64,000 nucleotides of DNA. Origin: Nitrospirales bacterium. GTDB lineage: Bacteria > Nitrospirota > Nitrospiria > Nitrospirales > UBA8639. This document shows, in pieces, positions 38,925-51,477 of the stretch. Under the pieces are notes generated by a model. That model did not search any database. It was not told the DNA's origin and saw only the letters and a list, made by a program, of their open reading frames with translations. The translations under genes were made by a program, and so were the position numbers. Location of the stretch: NCBI GenBank assembly GCA_965203295.1, contig CBDBCZ010000018.1, forward strand, positions 2,688,001 through 2,752,000. Reading direction: 5' to 3'. How positions within the stretch are numbered: the first letter of the stretch is position 1; each line of letters opens with the position of its first letter.

Positions 38925-39219
38925 TAATTTACACTGCCTTACAACTGTAGCACTAGCCTAATTTTTTTTATGAACCAAACATTTGACTACCATAATTATG
39001 GTAATCTTCTTCAGTGGCAAATGACCAAGCACGTACAACTGACCACGTATACAATGACAAGCCATACAAGATAGCGGGACAAACAATTTCATCGTGTACG
39101 TGGTCATTGTACATACTTGGTCATTTGCCACTGATGAAGACTACTGTATGGTAGTCGAAATGTTTGGTTCATAATGAAAAAAATTGGCTAGTGCTACAGT
39201 TGTAAAGCAGTGTAAATTA
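38925..39219. repeat. About 295-bp palindrome with ~130-bp arms
   Basis: TAATTTACACTGC...GCAGTGTAAATTA with imperfect pairing throughout. Confidence 0.9.
39128..39167 (+). ncRNA. Minimal type I hammerhead ribozyme-like motif (probably degenerate)
   Basis: CCA-CTGATGA-A-GACTAC-tgtatg-GTAGTC-GAAA-tGTT-TGG: conserved core, stem II and 3-bp stem I. Mirror copy on the minus strand at 38975-39017. Confidence 0.6.
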
Positions 39220-39879
39220 TGGATATACCTAGCCACACAGGCCTTTACAAAGTTATGATATGTGTATGAATTATAAATGACAAGTCTGATGTGATATCTA
39301 AAAACCTTTTCAACCACAATTAAGACTCAGCTAAATGCAGCTGTTGAACTACCTATAATAGGCTGCCTAAAGTAATTAAGAATGTAGTACAGTAAAAAGT
39401 GCTGGCAATTTCAGTGTGTACTGCAGTTGTAACTTGTGAAAGCAGAACTGCCTGCCACTTTTTCACCATCTAGGAAACATATAATGCTAAGCTCATTTGC
39501 TGTAGCTTGACCAACAAACAAACACGAAGCTACATAAACTGACGACACTCCGTGCCCACTTGAAAAGTATCTCTTACATAGTGCCTAGTCATGAATACTG
39601 AGGATGTAGTTCTCTAGCACAGGATTATATCTCATGCCATACTCTATTCCCATCATGAGGTGATTGACCCATAGGAGGGTATTAAGGTTGGCCCAACCGG
39701 AAGTTTCCTACGTTTGCGCATACCGCTTGGTACCTATGGCAACCTTAGATACTATAATACTTTATGTATTATGATAACGTAATACTTTCATGTACTAAGT
39801 GAAAGCATCAGTGAGTTGCCAGACAAATCTGTTGTGGTAAATCCCAGGACTCGCGAGCTGCCTGTAGGTTTGATATGCG

Positions 39880-40378
39880 GATTTCTTCTAAGGGGTCTAT
39901 ATGTCCTGACATTGAGAATGAAGACTTATCGCCTTTTTCCAGAGTGTACAGAGCCGACTTCATAAATCCAGAATCGCGGCCATTACTTTATGTCCAGGTT
40001 TGCCTACAAGTGTCTGACAAAAACAGACAAATCCAGGACTTCTATATCCTCCTAACAGTCCTGGACCATCCTAAACACAGGCATTCACGTCCGGGTGTCC
40101 AGGATGTCCCAGAGTCCTGGACGGTCCCTGGAACATCCTAAGAGGACACACAGGCATTCACGTCTGGGTATCCGGGATGTCCCAGAGTCCTAGACAATGC
40201 CTAATAGTAGACGGAAGGCGATAGGAAGGCGATAAGTCTTCATTCTCGATGTCTGGACATGTAACCTATAGACCTACAGATAAGTCTTCATTCTCGATGT
40301 CTGGACATGTGACCTATAGACCTACAGATAAGTCTTCATTCTCGATGTCTGGACATGTGACCTATAGACCTACAGATA
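39880..40378. mobile_element. TIR element with a triplicated 49-bp terminal unit
   Basis: GATAAGTCTTCATTCTCGATGTCTGGACAT x3 (40230-40378), inverted relative to 39900-39932. Confidence 0.65.
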
Positions 40379-41065
40379 CAGCTGTGGCTTCAGCTACATC
40401 TGTCTCTTAGATTCAGAGGGATTCACTGCGAATGCGATTTGAGCTGGTAAGTGAATATAGCACCTGTACGGTGGAAAGACTGCATGCATCAACAAAACTT
40501 TGTTTCTGGGTTTTCTGCCATTTCTATACTCTAGCCCTGCATAGTTTTTGTGGCCTTGCATCGCCGTGTTGTCGAGCTATAAGCGTCAAAAGCGTACACG
40601 GTCATGAATTTTTATATTTCTCCACTTCCGTTTGGGCCTAACCTTAAGTGAATTCATAGGTGACCCTGGAAGCAAATAGTCTCGCAAGACAGCCCATTCA
40701 TGTTCTGGAGCAGTGGTCACTTTCAGCATGTGCATGCTGAATACTGAAGGCGATCATTGCTGTGAAAATTAAGTGGCCTGGCTCGTGAGACTAAGAAGCG
40801 AGATGCAAGTCAATTGCTGCGGCTAGCTGTTTATGAGAGTAGTTGCATGTAGATGCATACCAATCCAAGCAACAAATATCTATGCATCAACGATCTTTCT
40901 CAGAATCTAAGGAGGCAGGGCTGCAAAACGTCAAGCAATCAAGAAGTTTTAAACTAATGGTCGAGTGAAAAGTCTTGATCTCTTTCGTAAAACATCCCTT
41001 GTGTTTTTATTGCAGTCCAAACGATACTATGAACTAGTCTAGTTACCAGCACTTATCAAGGCAGG

Positions 41066-41648
41066 CAGGGTTCTATCTAGGATTTTTAGTTAGGGGGAGA
41101 AGATCAGGCTTGAAATTGATGGTGGGCGGGGTGGGGGGGGGGGGGGGCTGCGGCCACAGGCCGAAGTTTTCTAGGGGGGTCTGGAGGCATGCCCCCCCCC
41201 CTAAAAATTTTGTAATTTTGAGCCTTGTGAGAGTGGTTCTGAGGTATTATAAAACAGTTTTGAGGTCCTGGTAGCTGTGGTATTACAGACACATTCTCAG
41301 CTAGTGTACCATACATTGCAAGTAAGTCCTTTAAAGATTGCAAGTAAGTCAAAGTTTCCCCTGCCGAAAATCATCTAGTGTAGTACGTGAACCACAGTAA
41401 AAGAAGTGTTATTAATTAACCAAATGGGGAAGTAGTAGCAAAAACATGACATAAGTGTGAAGACTACTCAAGTGGACACTGGAAGTAGCACATGAATAAA
41501 GTTATCATGTTCTCACTGTATGTTGCAGTTCTTAACACTACTTTCACTTAATTAAATTTAATCGGCAGAATTTTGGGGGGGGGGAAGCTGGAGTGTTTGG
41601 GGGGGAACCTTCCCCCCCGCCCCCCCCCCCCCAGTAGATAGAACCCTG
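41066..41648. mobile_element. MITE with CAGGGTTCTATCT TIRs and 5-bp TSD GCAGG, nested in another inverted-repeat element
   Basis: GCAGG|CAGGGTTCTATCT...AGATAGAACCCTG|GCAGG; outer IRs at about 41030-41061 and 41798-41830. Confidence 0.8.
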
Positions 41649-42125
41649 GCAGGATATGTCCCCCCTACCCTATCATAATTTCACGCCCATTGCAGTGAAA
41701 TCTTATGTACTAGGCATTTGTACACTTCTAGGCATGCTAGCAGGACAATGACAGTTTCAACTATAATATCAAGACCCTGGCCCCCTTGCATATCCAGCCT
41801 TGATAAGTGTTGGTAACTAGACTAATTCATGGCGTCATTGTAGACGCCTCCACTTACTTGTACCGCCTGTAGAAAAGTTTCCAAAAGAGATCAAAGCTTT
41901 TCATCCAAGAAAGTTGTCCTTGACTGCTTGAACGTTAGTTTGAATGCTTGACCATAGGCTTGACATATCGGGCGTTCTATTATGATCGTTGATCCATTGA
42001 TGTTTGTTTCTTCCCGATCTATTGATGGTCTCCTAAAAACACTTGATTCCATTTAGCTCCATTTCGATCCCGTTTCTACAAGTGACGCGTAAGTGATCAG
42101 CCCTTGTAATGTCGACACCAGCTAG

Positions 42126-42747
42126 TAGTCTCGCGGGGCCAGACTCTAGTCGGGAAAGTTAGAGTCTGGTCAACTGCCCATATTATATGACTGGTTGTAG
42201 CACCCACCAGACTTTAGTGGGTGACAATTAGGTGTTGTACCGCAACGTTTACATTATGTAAGCGTTAATCGCTTGGTGCGAAAAGCGAGTTGAGGTGAGT
42301 GCTGTGACTGTTCAAGCATAGCGATTACAGTAGCGTGATTAACGCTTAATTAGACATAGTCATGAATAATATCCTTTGAAGTATGCCTGCTTAATGAGGT
42401 ATCTAAATCCGATAGACACCTGCCAGCCGGTATCTATCAGATTTAGATACCTCATCTTTATTCATGATTTGCCTGTCACAACTGAAGCGCTAAACTTCAA
42501 ATGGTTCACAGGTTTTCACAGCTGTCATAACACTAGGTCTAAATCGGTTAGACACCTCTGTGTCTGGCATCTCAGTCAATAGAGACCTCGCTGCGCTCGG
42601 TCTCTATTATCCTGAGATACCTCCACCTCGGTGTCTAACCTATATATAATGTAAGCGTTGCGGTATAACACCTAATTGTCACCCACCGAATATGGGCAGT
42701 TGACCAGACTCTAACTTTCCCGTCTAGAGTCTGGCCCCGCGAGACTA
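42126..42747. mobile_element. Non-autonomous TIR element, TAGTCTCG ends, 9-bp TSD
   Basis: ACCAGCTAG|TAGTCTCGCGGGGCCAGACTCTAG...CTAGAGTCTGGCCCCGCGAGACTA|ACCAGCTAA, with long TIRs. Confidence 0.85.
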
Positions 42748-43457
42748 ACCAGCTAAATCGCTCGTGTTTTTAAGCCTAAATCACGGATCTTCTATATCCG
42801 TGATTTTAATAGGCATAGAAGATCCGTGCCCAAATTATATACATCGTAGTCACAAAGGGTTTGTTAGTGTACTAGTAGTTGGCATGATAATATGCTAGCT
42901 TTAGCGACAATATACCTTTGCTTTGGTCGGTCGGCTGCACTGCTGAGACTTCGGCCATTTGAAAAACACAATATTAAAGCTGCAAGTTTGTTCGACTTTC
43001 GGTGTGGCCTGGGAACGAGGCTTATGGAATGCTATTGAGGCTTATGGAATGCTATTAGTTACCGGAAGTCAATACACTCCCACGACTCGTTTCCGAAATC
43101 GAAATCATAGGTACAGATACTCATACACAACGCCACAATAGCAACAACAATTTCAATCTTCAATACTTTAGTAGGTTTAGCGTCTAGGTCTCAGCAATTC
43201 CTGCAGCAAAGTGTGGGCGGGGCTCAAATATCGTTTCGTATAATATCATATCAATGGATAATATAATTATTACGCCAGACGTAATATATTATCCATGGCA
43301 AGGTAGGTGTAAGAACGAACTTATGCTGATACACGTATGGATATATCATCTATGGATAAACCCTGGCTTCATATTCAACAGGTATGCCAATAGCTTTGGT
43401 TACTGTCCACCCGAGTTCGGTGGTCCATTTACTGCGCACTACTTGCTCCGCCCCTAG

Positions 43458-45920
43458 AATAGATAAATAAATAAAGTTCATCTAGTAAATGTTAGTGAAG
43501 AGAGGGCGGGTGGGGGCATTTACAGGGAACACGTCCTTCCTGGACCACAAGGTTCAGCCCATGGGAGAGAGGAGCATAATGCCTCCTGTTGCGACTGCCT
43601 CGTACGTATGCAGAGCAGGGATGAGTGCAGGAGAGCAAAGCTCAATCTGCAGCGTAGCCATGAAGGTGGAATAATGCTTTCCTTGCTTTAAGGCAAATGA
43701 GGTTGGCAAGTGTCTTGTAGAATATAGTCGCCTCTCTTGCCATGCCTCCTGTTGACGAGAGAACTAGAGGTGTGAAGGAGCCCTGTTCTATCTGTAGCAC
43801 ACGGTCAGCGTATTCACGCTTCTTGTGTCGACGATGGGTGGTGGGGAGAGGGGAACAACGGTAGTTTGGTGTGTTGGGATGAAAAACCCTTACGTCGAAG
43901 AATGTACTCTGACGGCGTTCCCAAAAACCCCGTGCTCGAATGTCAAGGCGAGCATCCCTTTGCCGGATAGTGGATGGGTTGAGCTGTTCACCAGTGACAG
44001 GCTGCAACAGTGTCTCCCTCTCAACACCTCAGTCAAGAGTCTAAGTCCCGAACTTCGTTGTGGCGTAGAGTCAGGAAGCCCCTTTTGGACAGCACATAGC
44101 ATGATCAAAACTGAACTTCTGGCCACATGCACAATGCTCTGGAGTCCTCGGCAGATCCCAAAGGTAGCGAAGGCAGATAGCATCACGAAAGCCACCCTTA
44201 TGAAGGGCAAATCCAGAGGTAAGGTTGAGAGCCATGAAGAGGCTCCTTTCTCTTGGGCAAGCTCCATTGCTCGGACTTGATCTGGTGACAGGAAGGCCTT
44301 AATGGCGTTGGCCTTACAGACGAGTGACTGGTGATGTTCCCGCCTTTGCAGCTGTTTTGACCGATCGAATAGCAGAGGGATCAACTGAATAGGTAGGGTC
44401 CTGACTCACGATGAGGTCCACCAAAGGGGCAGTTATTTTACTGGAAGTAGCAAACTGCCTCTCTGCTGCTGCAGAAGGATCAAAAAACGCCTAGGCCGCC
44501 TAGGTTTGGAGGAAGAGCCAAGAGACGTTGAACGGTTTCACCACAGCATTATCCTCTGCAGCACTGAAGACCTGACGCATCGCGTGGACTGCAGCCTCAC
44601 ACCCTCCCTCCTGTCCTGCACACACCTGAAGTGATCCAGCAGCCGTCTCGACATCCTGCTTCACGATTGCAGGTATGGCTTTAGCGGTGATTCTCCGAAG
44701 GGTTTCAGCAATGCCAATTCGGCGAACACCAGGATTCTTGTTCAGAGGAATCAGTCTGCAAGCTGTGAAAGCATGAAGGCCCAATGGGTCCACACACGTC
44801 ATAGCGAGACTGTGAGCAAGACTTGATATGGCATTCCACAGATCCTGAGTGGTACCCTTGAATGAACAGCATAGACAACGCCGATAGCATCAAGGCCAGA
44901 TATACCTGCAGCACCATGCGTATATGGAGAGCTGCATTGCGTATTGCGGAAGCATCAAGTTCGTCGAAGATGATGGCGTTCACTTCCTCAATTGGGCCTT
45001 GCAAAAGAAGGGCATTGTCCAAGTCCTGTGCCCTGCGATGTTTGGCACGTAGTGCCTCCAGAACAGATTCACCAAGCAAAATCAAGGGTGTCAACAAGGG
45101 GGAGAACACCATTTCATCTCATGATCAGAGAGGTACTACACGAACTTTTCCTTCCAGCATGAGACGAGCGAAACTTTGGCAGCCTTGTCGTCAGTATTCA
45201 GACGCAGGTTGGTTCTTAGCCGCTGTTGGATAGCACGTCCCTCACGTAGCAATGTCTCCAGATCTCCCTTCTTCCAAATATCCAAATGACGATTAAGATG
45301 GGTCACGTGATCTTTCGTTTTCGATTTGGCGTGAGGTTTCTGGAGAACCAGGGAAGGCATAACCATGGCTGCCTTCAGCGCTACACTTTCCAGAGCAGAT
45401 CCTTCTGCATACCCATCGATTAGCCTTGTTAATTCCTTCACAAAGGACGTGCCTACAGATCCAGAAGGGATAAGGACGCCAGTCAGTTTAATATTTCTAA
45501 GTAGGCTGCTTCCAACTTCAGGCCAAAACCATGGCCTGCCATTTCAGCCCAAAGAAAATCTGGTGGATTCATTCTGATGGCTCAGGAAGGAGAGAGGCCT
45601 CCGTCTGAATTGGAGGGGTAGTGGGAAATGTTGGGCTCTCACCACAGGGATGGTTCACTTCCATGCTTTCACCACTCTCCACTCGGGGAACTATATCAGA
45701 GTTACCTTCCGCTGGGCTTATCCCGTTCAACGCAACGGCGTTTTCACATCGACCTAGCCGTCCGGGTAAGCAGCTCGAGCAATGGTCGCGCGCCGTTCTT
45801 TCGACACGAACAGTTTCTGCATCGGCCCCCACGGTTGCAACGGCAGCAATCCCTCCCTCTCTGGTTATATCTTTTATATTGGACACAGTGAAATCAAGAG
45901 CTCGGAATAACAGCCTCTAA
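43458..45920 (-). mobile_element. Degenerate CRE-like RLE non-LTR retrotransposon with an internal RT deletion
   Basis: LVLQKPH, ACRLIPLNKNPGVRRIGIAETLRR, QVCAGQEGGCEAAVHAMR, ASSWLSTLP, ARLDIRARGFW..FFDVRVFHP and FTPLVLSSTGG. Many frameshifts; ends approximate. Confidence 0.88.
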
Positions 45921-46005
45921 CACCACCACTTTCAAATCCGATGATCTTTCGCGTCTATTGCCGTACCCTTATTTAACTGAAAAATATTCAATCAAATTTC
46001 CAGAA

Positions 46006-46076
46006 GCAGGCGTGGCTTAGCGGTAATCGCCTCGCCTTCAAATTAAAAGGTCGCGGGTTCGAATCCGCCCGGGAAC
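46006..46076 (+). other. tRNA-derived Pol III promoter-like sequence (not a functional tRNA)
   Basis: A box TGGCTTAGCGG, B box GGTTCGAATCC and a downstream T run. The acceptor stem does not pair. A second B box lies near 46214. Confidence 0.5.
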
Positions 46077-48489
46077 TTCAATTTCCTTTTTTTTCTCTTC
46101 CGAATAATATTGGAGTAGTGCTACTATAAAAGAAAGAAATGTTCACCTCCTGTCACCAACACCCTCCGTGGTGCTGGGAGCAGCAGCGCAGTATCTGGAG
46201 ACAGTGATCGCGAGTTCGAATCCGGGCTCGTGCACTGAAGGTTTGGGGCATTATGGCTTAGGGACCGCCCCCTACCTCCCTTAATTCCAGTATAAACCTG
46301 TACTCGCTGCGGAGTGGATCCATCGGGGTCAGTTCTTGTTCGTTAGCCGCTTGAGCTTCCACATCCTGGCCCTTTGGGTGAAACTTTTTTTTTTTTTAAC
46401 AAAGCGCTCACCAGAAATTAATGCCTAGTTTGCTTTTGCTAGCTTAAATTGCAAGAACAGCCAGAAAAAAAATTTTTTTTGGGCTCTTCAGTATACCAGT
46501 TGCTCTTTGATATCTAACTGAGGGAAATAAACAATTCTGCAGGACTACATCTTGAGCACATGTATACTCTCACGTCCACAAACTGAGATTTTTCAACCTT
46601 ACTAATTCAGAATAATAAATATGCTAATTGTTCCCTTAGTGTCAAAGTTCTTTCTCTTTTTAAAATTCCCTCCTTGCTGCTATAATTCTTTGGTGGCTGT
46701 AATACATGTAGTAGAACCCGGTGCATGGTTACACTCAGTTATTTCGTCCTCAATTATATCTGCTGCAGAAGTCCACTCAGAGCTGGACAGCATGCACCCA
46801 GCAGCTCATCAGGTCCAGGAGGAACCTGCCAATCTCCTCAGCAGGGAGATCGGTTTCTGCAGAAAGTGAACAGTCTAATTCAGGGAGTACTGGTGTCCAT
46901 AGTCACCATCTTGTTAGATGCATCACTCTAGTTCCTGTAATTTTGCATACAAGGCATTCATTACCTCATCACAATAATGTTGTTATTGTTTCTGGTAGCC
47001 CTCATACCCAGCCGTCACAGCTTATAGCCTAGGGTGCCATGCATGGTGGTAAAAAATCATCCCTACCCCAACCAGAGCAACAGGTACATGTACCCCTTCC
47101 TATGTTGTATTGATTCTGCTGTACTGACTATTTAGTCTATTAAAATTAATGTTGAATTTTATTTATTTCTTTCACGGTAGGAGAGCCAGTCCACCACATT
47201 GATGATGTCACGCCCAAGGGCTACAGCTTAAACACCAGCCCTACCCCAATCTGATGTATTGGTACAGCCCCTCCCTTACTTCTAATCCGTTCAATTCTTG
47301 GGAGCAGCTGCAGATCCCACCCCAACCAGAGGTGTTGGTGTGCACATCCCCCCTCCTATTTCGATATGAACGTGTTCAATTTAATTCATCATAGTCCACC
47401 ACATCCACTGCAGTGTTCTATTCCAATGCTCAGCTTGAAACACCACCCTCACCCTAACCAGAGGTACAGGTGCATGCACAGCCACTGTCCCCACGTCTAG
47501 TATATATAAGTTGTAAGTCCAATCTAAGTCTATTTGTTTTAGGAAGCAAGTCCAATACTAGTGGCACATCCTTCCTTTCAGGGGGTACTCAGGCAGAAAT
47601 TGCCAGCAGAATCATTATAATTATTGTGGTTTGGTGGGTATTAAATTTATAGGCTTCACCCTTCATATCAAATATAATAGTGACGTGAAGTATTCGCTAC
47701 ATTCATACTTCATGGTCCTTCACCACATACAGATCTTGAATTTGTTCATGGCCCTTCACTGAAAAAAAAGAAACAATAACTTCAATAGTTTTTTCAGTGA
47801 AGAATCATTTATTTTTTATCAATGGACCATGAAATATAGTTCACAGTTACGAAATTTCCTGGCGACAGAATTTCCTGTGGCACCGGTTTGGGGTATTAGC
47901 TGTGGGTCCAAGAAAAGAACACCCCCCCTCCCCCCCCCACACACACACACACTTTTAACCCCCTAAATTTATACCGTATACATGTACACCCCTCTGCCCC
48001 CATTGTGAATACATAACAATTCCAGAATTACCAGGTTCCCCTCCCAAGACATGAAATTAGTATACTTACACACAACGTAACAATATTATCAGTGGTATAC
48101 TATCAAAATACAAATAATGTCACAATCATAATATATACACGTAGTAGCACACTGGAACACAGAATTCCACAATGGATTAGGCATGCAATTATGCTGACAT
48201 ACACATAGTGGCTCAATTTGGGCTTCTCTCCCCACTTGAGCAGCAGCATTCTGGTAGAGTGTGGGGACCTACTTTTCAATAGCTGGATATACTTCTCCAA
48301 GCCCAACGCTGTGGCAAGATCCCTCCAGTCCTACAGTAGGTTGCACTATGAAAAATAATAAGTTTCCACCTTAGAAAATTTATTTCAACTCATTAGGAAA
48401 CAATAGATTTCCAGACAGGTGGACCAGGTTTCCAATTAAGGGAAACTCTTGAATTTCCCAGCATACAGAAACTTAGTGGCACGGCAAGT

Positions 48490-48890
48490 TTACAATATTG
48501 GGAAACTTATAGCGAGCTTTATAGTTCCCACTTGGTTTCCTTCCAGAAAATTTAAAATGATACATATGTTTTCATTCCAAGGAAATTTAAGAATCCTTTA
48601 TAGTTTTCTATCTGGTTTCAAGGCAGCAAATATGGGAAAACTTATAATGAATTTCATAGTTCCCACTTGGTTTCCATCCAGAAAATTAAAAATGATACAT
48701 ATGTTTTCATTCCAAGGAAATTTGAAAATCTCCTAGTTTCTTATCTGGTTTTGAGGCAGCAAATATCAGGAAACTTATAATGAACTTCATAGTTCCCACT
48801 TGATTTCCTTCCAAAAATTTTTAAATGATACATACGTTCTCATTTTAAGGAAATTTGAGAATGTAGTTTCCTATCTTGTTTCACGGCAGA
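48490..48890. repeat. Left subterminal tandem repeats of the CACTA element (~134 bp x3)
   Basis: ATAGTTCCCAC recurs at about 48522, 48656 and 48789; rich in GGAAAC/GTTTCC. Confidence 0.85.
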
Positions 48891-49117
48891 AAATTGCCTC
48901 AAGTTTAAAGCAGGATATCCAATGAATCCCATGGTTTCTCACATTGTTGCAAGCCAGAAATGTCAGTTTACAAATGAAAAAATGCTGTAGTTTGAACTGA
49001 TCTAAAGTGATATATCTGATCACAAATAACATAACTCAAACAAATATCAATAGAAAGAATATGGAATCATGAGGTTGAGATAGTAACAACAGAACTGAGA
49101 GCGTACGACTTACATGA

Positions 49118-51099
49118 TCATGGTTTAATTGTCCAGTCTGGAACGTTAGATGGTTTAAGACGATCAGATGGAAGGCCGACAATTCTCTTAAAGGACATAT
49201 TCCTGCTTCTTTTGCTCTGGCACTTTGCAGTTTTGTGATCAAGAGATGACAGAAAACTGTTAACCTTGTCTGATCGCCACAAAAGTGGACGAATAACAAA
49301 CTGCATGTCTTCTTCATCCTCCTCACCTTCATCAAAACTGTCTTCACTACTCATAAAGTCGGCAGTTAGGCACGCAGCCCATATAGTTTTTCGTTCCTCT
49401 GATAGAGATGTTGTTTTGGCCAGTGCAACCTTCCGTCGCTTAAGTTTCTGCAGATTAGAGAAGTTCACATCACATCCCAACCTATTAATTACTCTTGCTT
49501 TAAAATTATGTACCCGTATAATTCTGTTCCTCCTCTTCTGCCTCGTACACTTGCTAGAATATTTTCCTGATGACTTCAGACGTTCTGTCCCACTCACACT
49601 ACAGAAATAAGTTTTAGCTGCCGCTGCAGAGAGAAAGAAAAGAAAAGTCCACTATACCGGAGTTACCAGAACTGTCTATAACTACATGTGCCCATCATAA
49701 TTAACCCTTATATGCAAATGTGGATGTAACACTTTCATTGCTCACTACAAGTACATATATGAGCGCATGCATACCTTTAATAGTCACAGAAGAGGTTTCG
49801 GGCAGTTGGCCTTTCACTTCTCTGGAAAGTCTTTGTAGAACTTCAACATTTTTTGAATGACTAAAACACCTAAAGAAGTGTACAGTGCATAGGGGGAAAG
49901 TGCATCTCACGATAATAATTATACTGTTTTAAATTATAGCATCTTAAGAGAACTAGAAGAGAGATATGCCAGGGAGATAGCCTACTTACAGAAATTTGCA
50001 AATCTGAGCTCAGAGCTTCCTTATATGGAAGGCAATGTTAACTTTGATCCAAGAGCAACTTCAAAAGCTAATTAATCATTCACCAATCTATTACTCTGGT
50101 GTGTTTACTTAACAGCTCCTGGCTCAGGGCCTTACAGTGTTGCAAAGACTAAGCATAGACAAACTTACTTGCCAATGTCCCACCCAAAATTTTCATCCTC
50201 TTCATAAAGAGCCTTGTAGACTTTTCGAACCATTTCCTACAAATAGATACAGCACAAATCATACAATTATTGTACAAATGGTACTTACAGGAAGTCCACC
50301 AAAATGCAATGCAATGTAAAATCCTAGTCATGATTGCATGAGTTATATTTTTTACAATAGGAAGCCACAATTAATTGGTCAGGCAGTCTAGGGTCAGGGT
50401 GGGGCCTAGAGGCTAACTATGGGTTTAGAGCTAGCTGTGTTGTGTCAGTATTGAGATACAGGCTAGTGCACAAGTGCACTAGCCTGTACATTGCCTATAC
50501 AAATGTATGCACTTCTTACTGGACCAATAGCCACGTCCATTTAACTACGTGCTAGCCTAACTGGGTCACAGTTACATGTAACTTACACGGACTTGTGGTG
50601 AAGGACATATTTTCTTCCTTTTTGTCAGTGTCCTCTCATCACTCTGATCATCTTGAAGGTCTTTCATCTGCTTCTCCAGCTGTTCAAGCCTCTCACCAAC
50701 TCGTTCGTTTGAGCTCCTGACTTCTTTCAGAATTTCTCGGAAGAGATCTGCAAAACCACCAAATTATAATTTAGGTAGCCATTAATAATCAATTAATCAA
50801 AATATTATAATTTATTTACCTTTATCCCCACTTGAGGTGCCTGGAGTAGTTGTGGACCGTCCAGTAGGCGTTGGCGTTGGCGTTGGTGTTCTAGAAGGCG
50901 TCATCCACCGTGGTAGCTGATTCGCCAAGTCGACACTCTCTTCTCGAAAACGAAACAGCAAATTTCGGGATACACTACCACTTGCTTTTCCCCGACCTTT
51001 AGCTGGCGTTGGTGGAATGACAGTTGGTTCTTCGTCCAAGCCACCATCGTCAGTGTTAAACGGCGAGATATCCAGTTGCGTTTGATGGTACCGGTTCAT
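49118..51099 (-). CDS. C14orf93/DUF4616-like accessory protein of the CACTA element, six exons, 347 aa
   Basis: Exons 51099-50820, 50747-50587, 50236-50169, 49869-49775, 49623-49514 and 49447-49118 splice in frame (1044 nt). Motifs IKAAAKTYF, RQKRRNR, W..LTADFMSSEDS, RPLLWRS and GLPSDRL match the order recalled for C14orf93. Confidence 0.78.
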
Positions 51100-51477
51100 C
51101 GCCGAGCCACAAAGATAGGAGTGCACCACACGTACGATGTATATTCTAGCTAGGGTTACCCGGTTAGGACACTCGGCTACAACTCAGTCACACAGGTACT
51201 AGGTCACAGCTAGCTAGCTAGCTACTACATGTAGTAAATAGCCACCATCAATGAAAGCGCGCGCGCGGGCCAGCAGCTCACTTTTTATTGGTTGCTGCTT
51301 TCCTAGGTAGCCAATGATATTCCTTCCCGCGTTCATTTACGCGCGCTAGTTTTTATTGCGCGGGGGGCCAGCGCGCCAGGACTGGGAGGAAGTCCCAGAC
51401 AGCCCTGACTTCCGGTACACTGATGAGGTTTCGCATTGATTCACTGACATTGACAAATTTGTGTGATCTTGTAGAGA
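51100..51477. promoter_or_regulatory. Putative bidirectional promoter between the two CACTA genes
   Basis: 378 bp between head-to-head ATGs; CpG-rich (GCGCGCGCGCGG), with ATTGG near 51287 and CCAAT near 51311. Confidence 0.5.

Noticed and set aside
40230..40378. 49-bp triple repeat as a CRISPR-like array
   Set aside because: Pure tandem triplication of a MITE end with no spacers.
46006..46235. Functional tRNA genes
   Set aside because: A and B boxes are present but the acceptor stems do not pair; treated as repeat-derived.
46680..46860. Final death-domain exon of the ROCO gene (AADIIEDEI-like text)
   Set aside because: No acceptor gave a convincing stop-free continuation from 48203.
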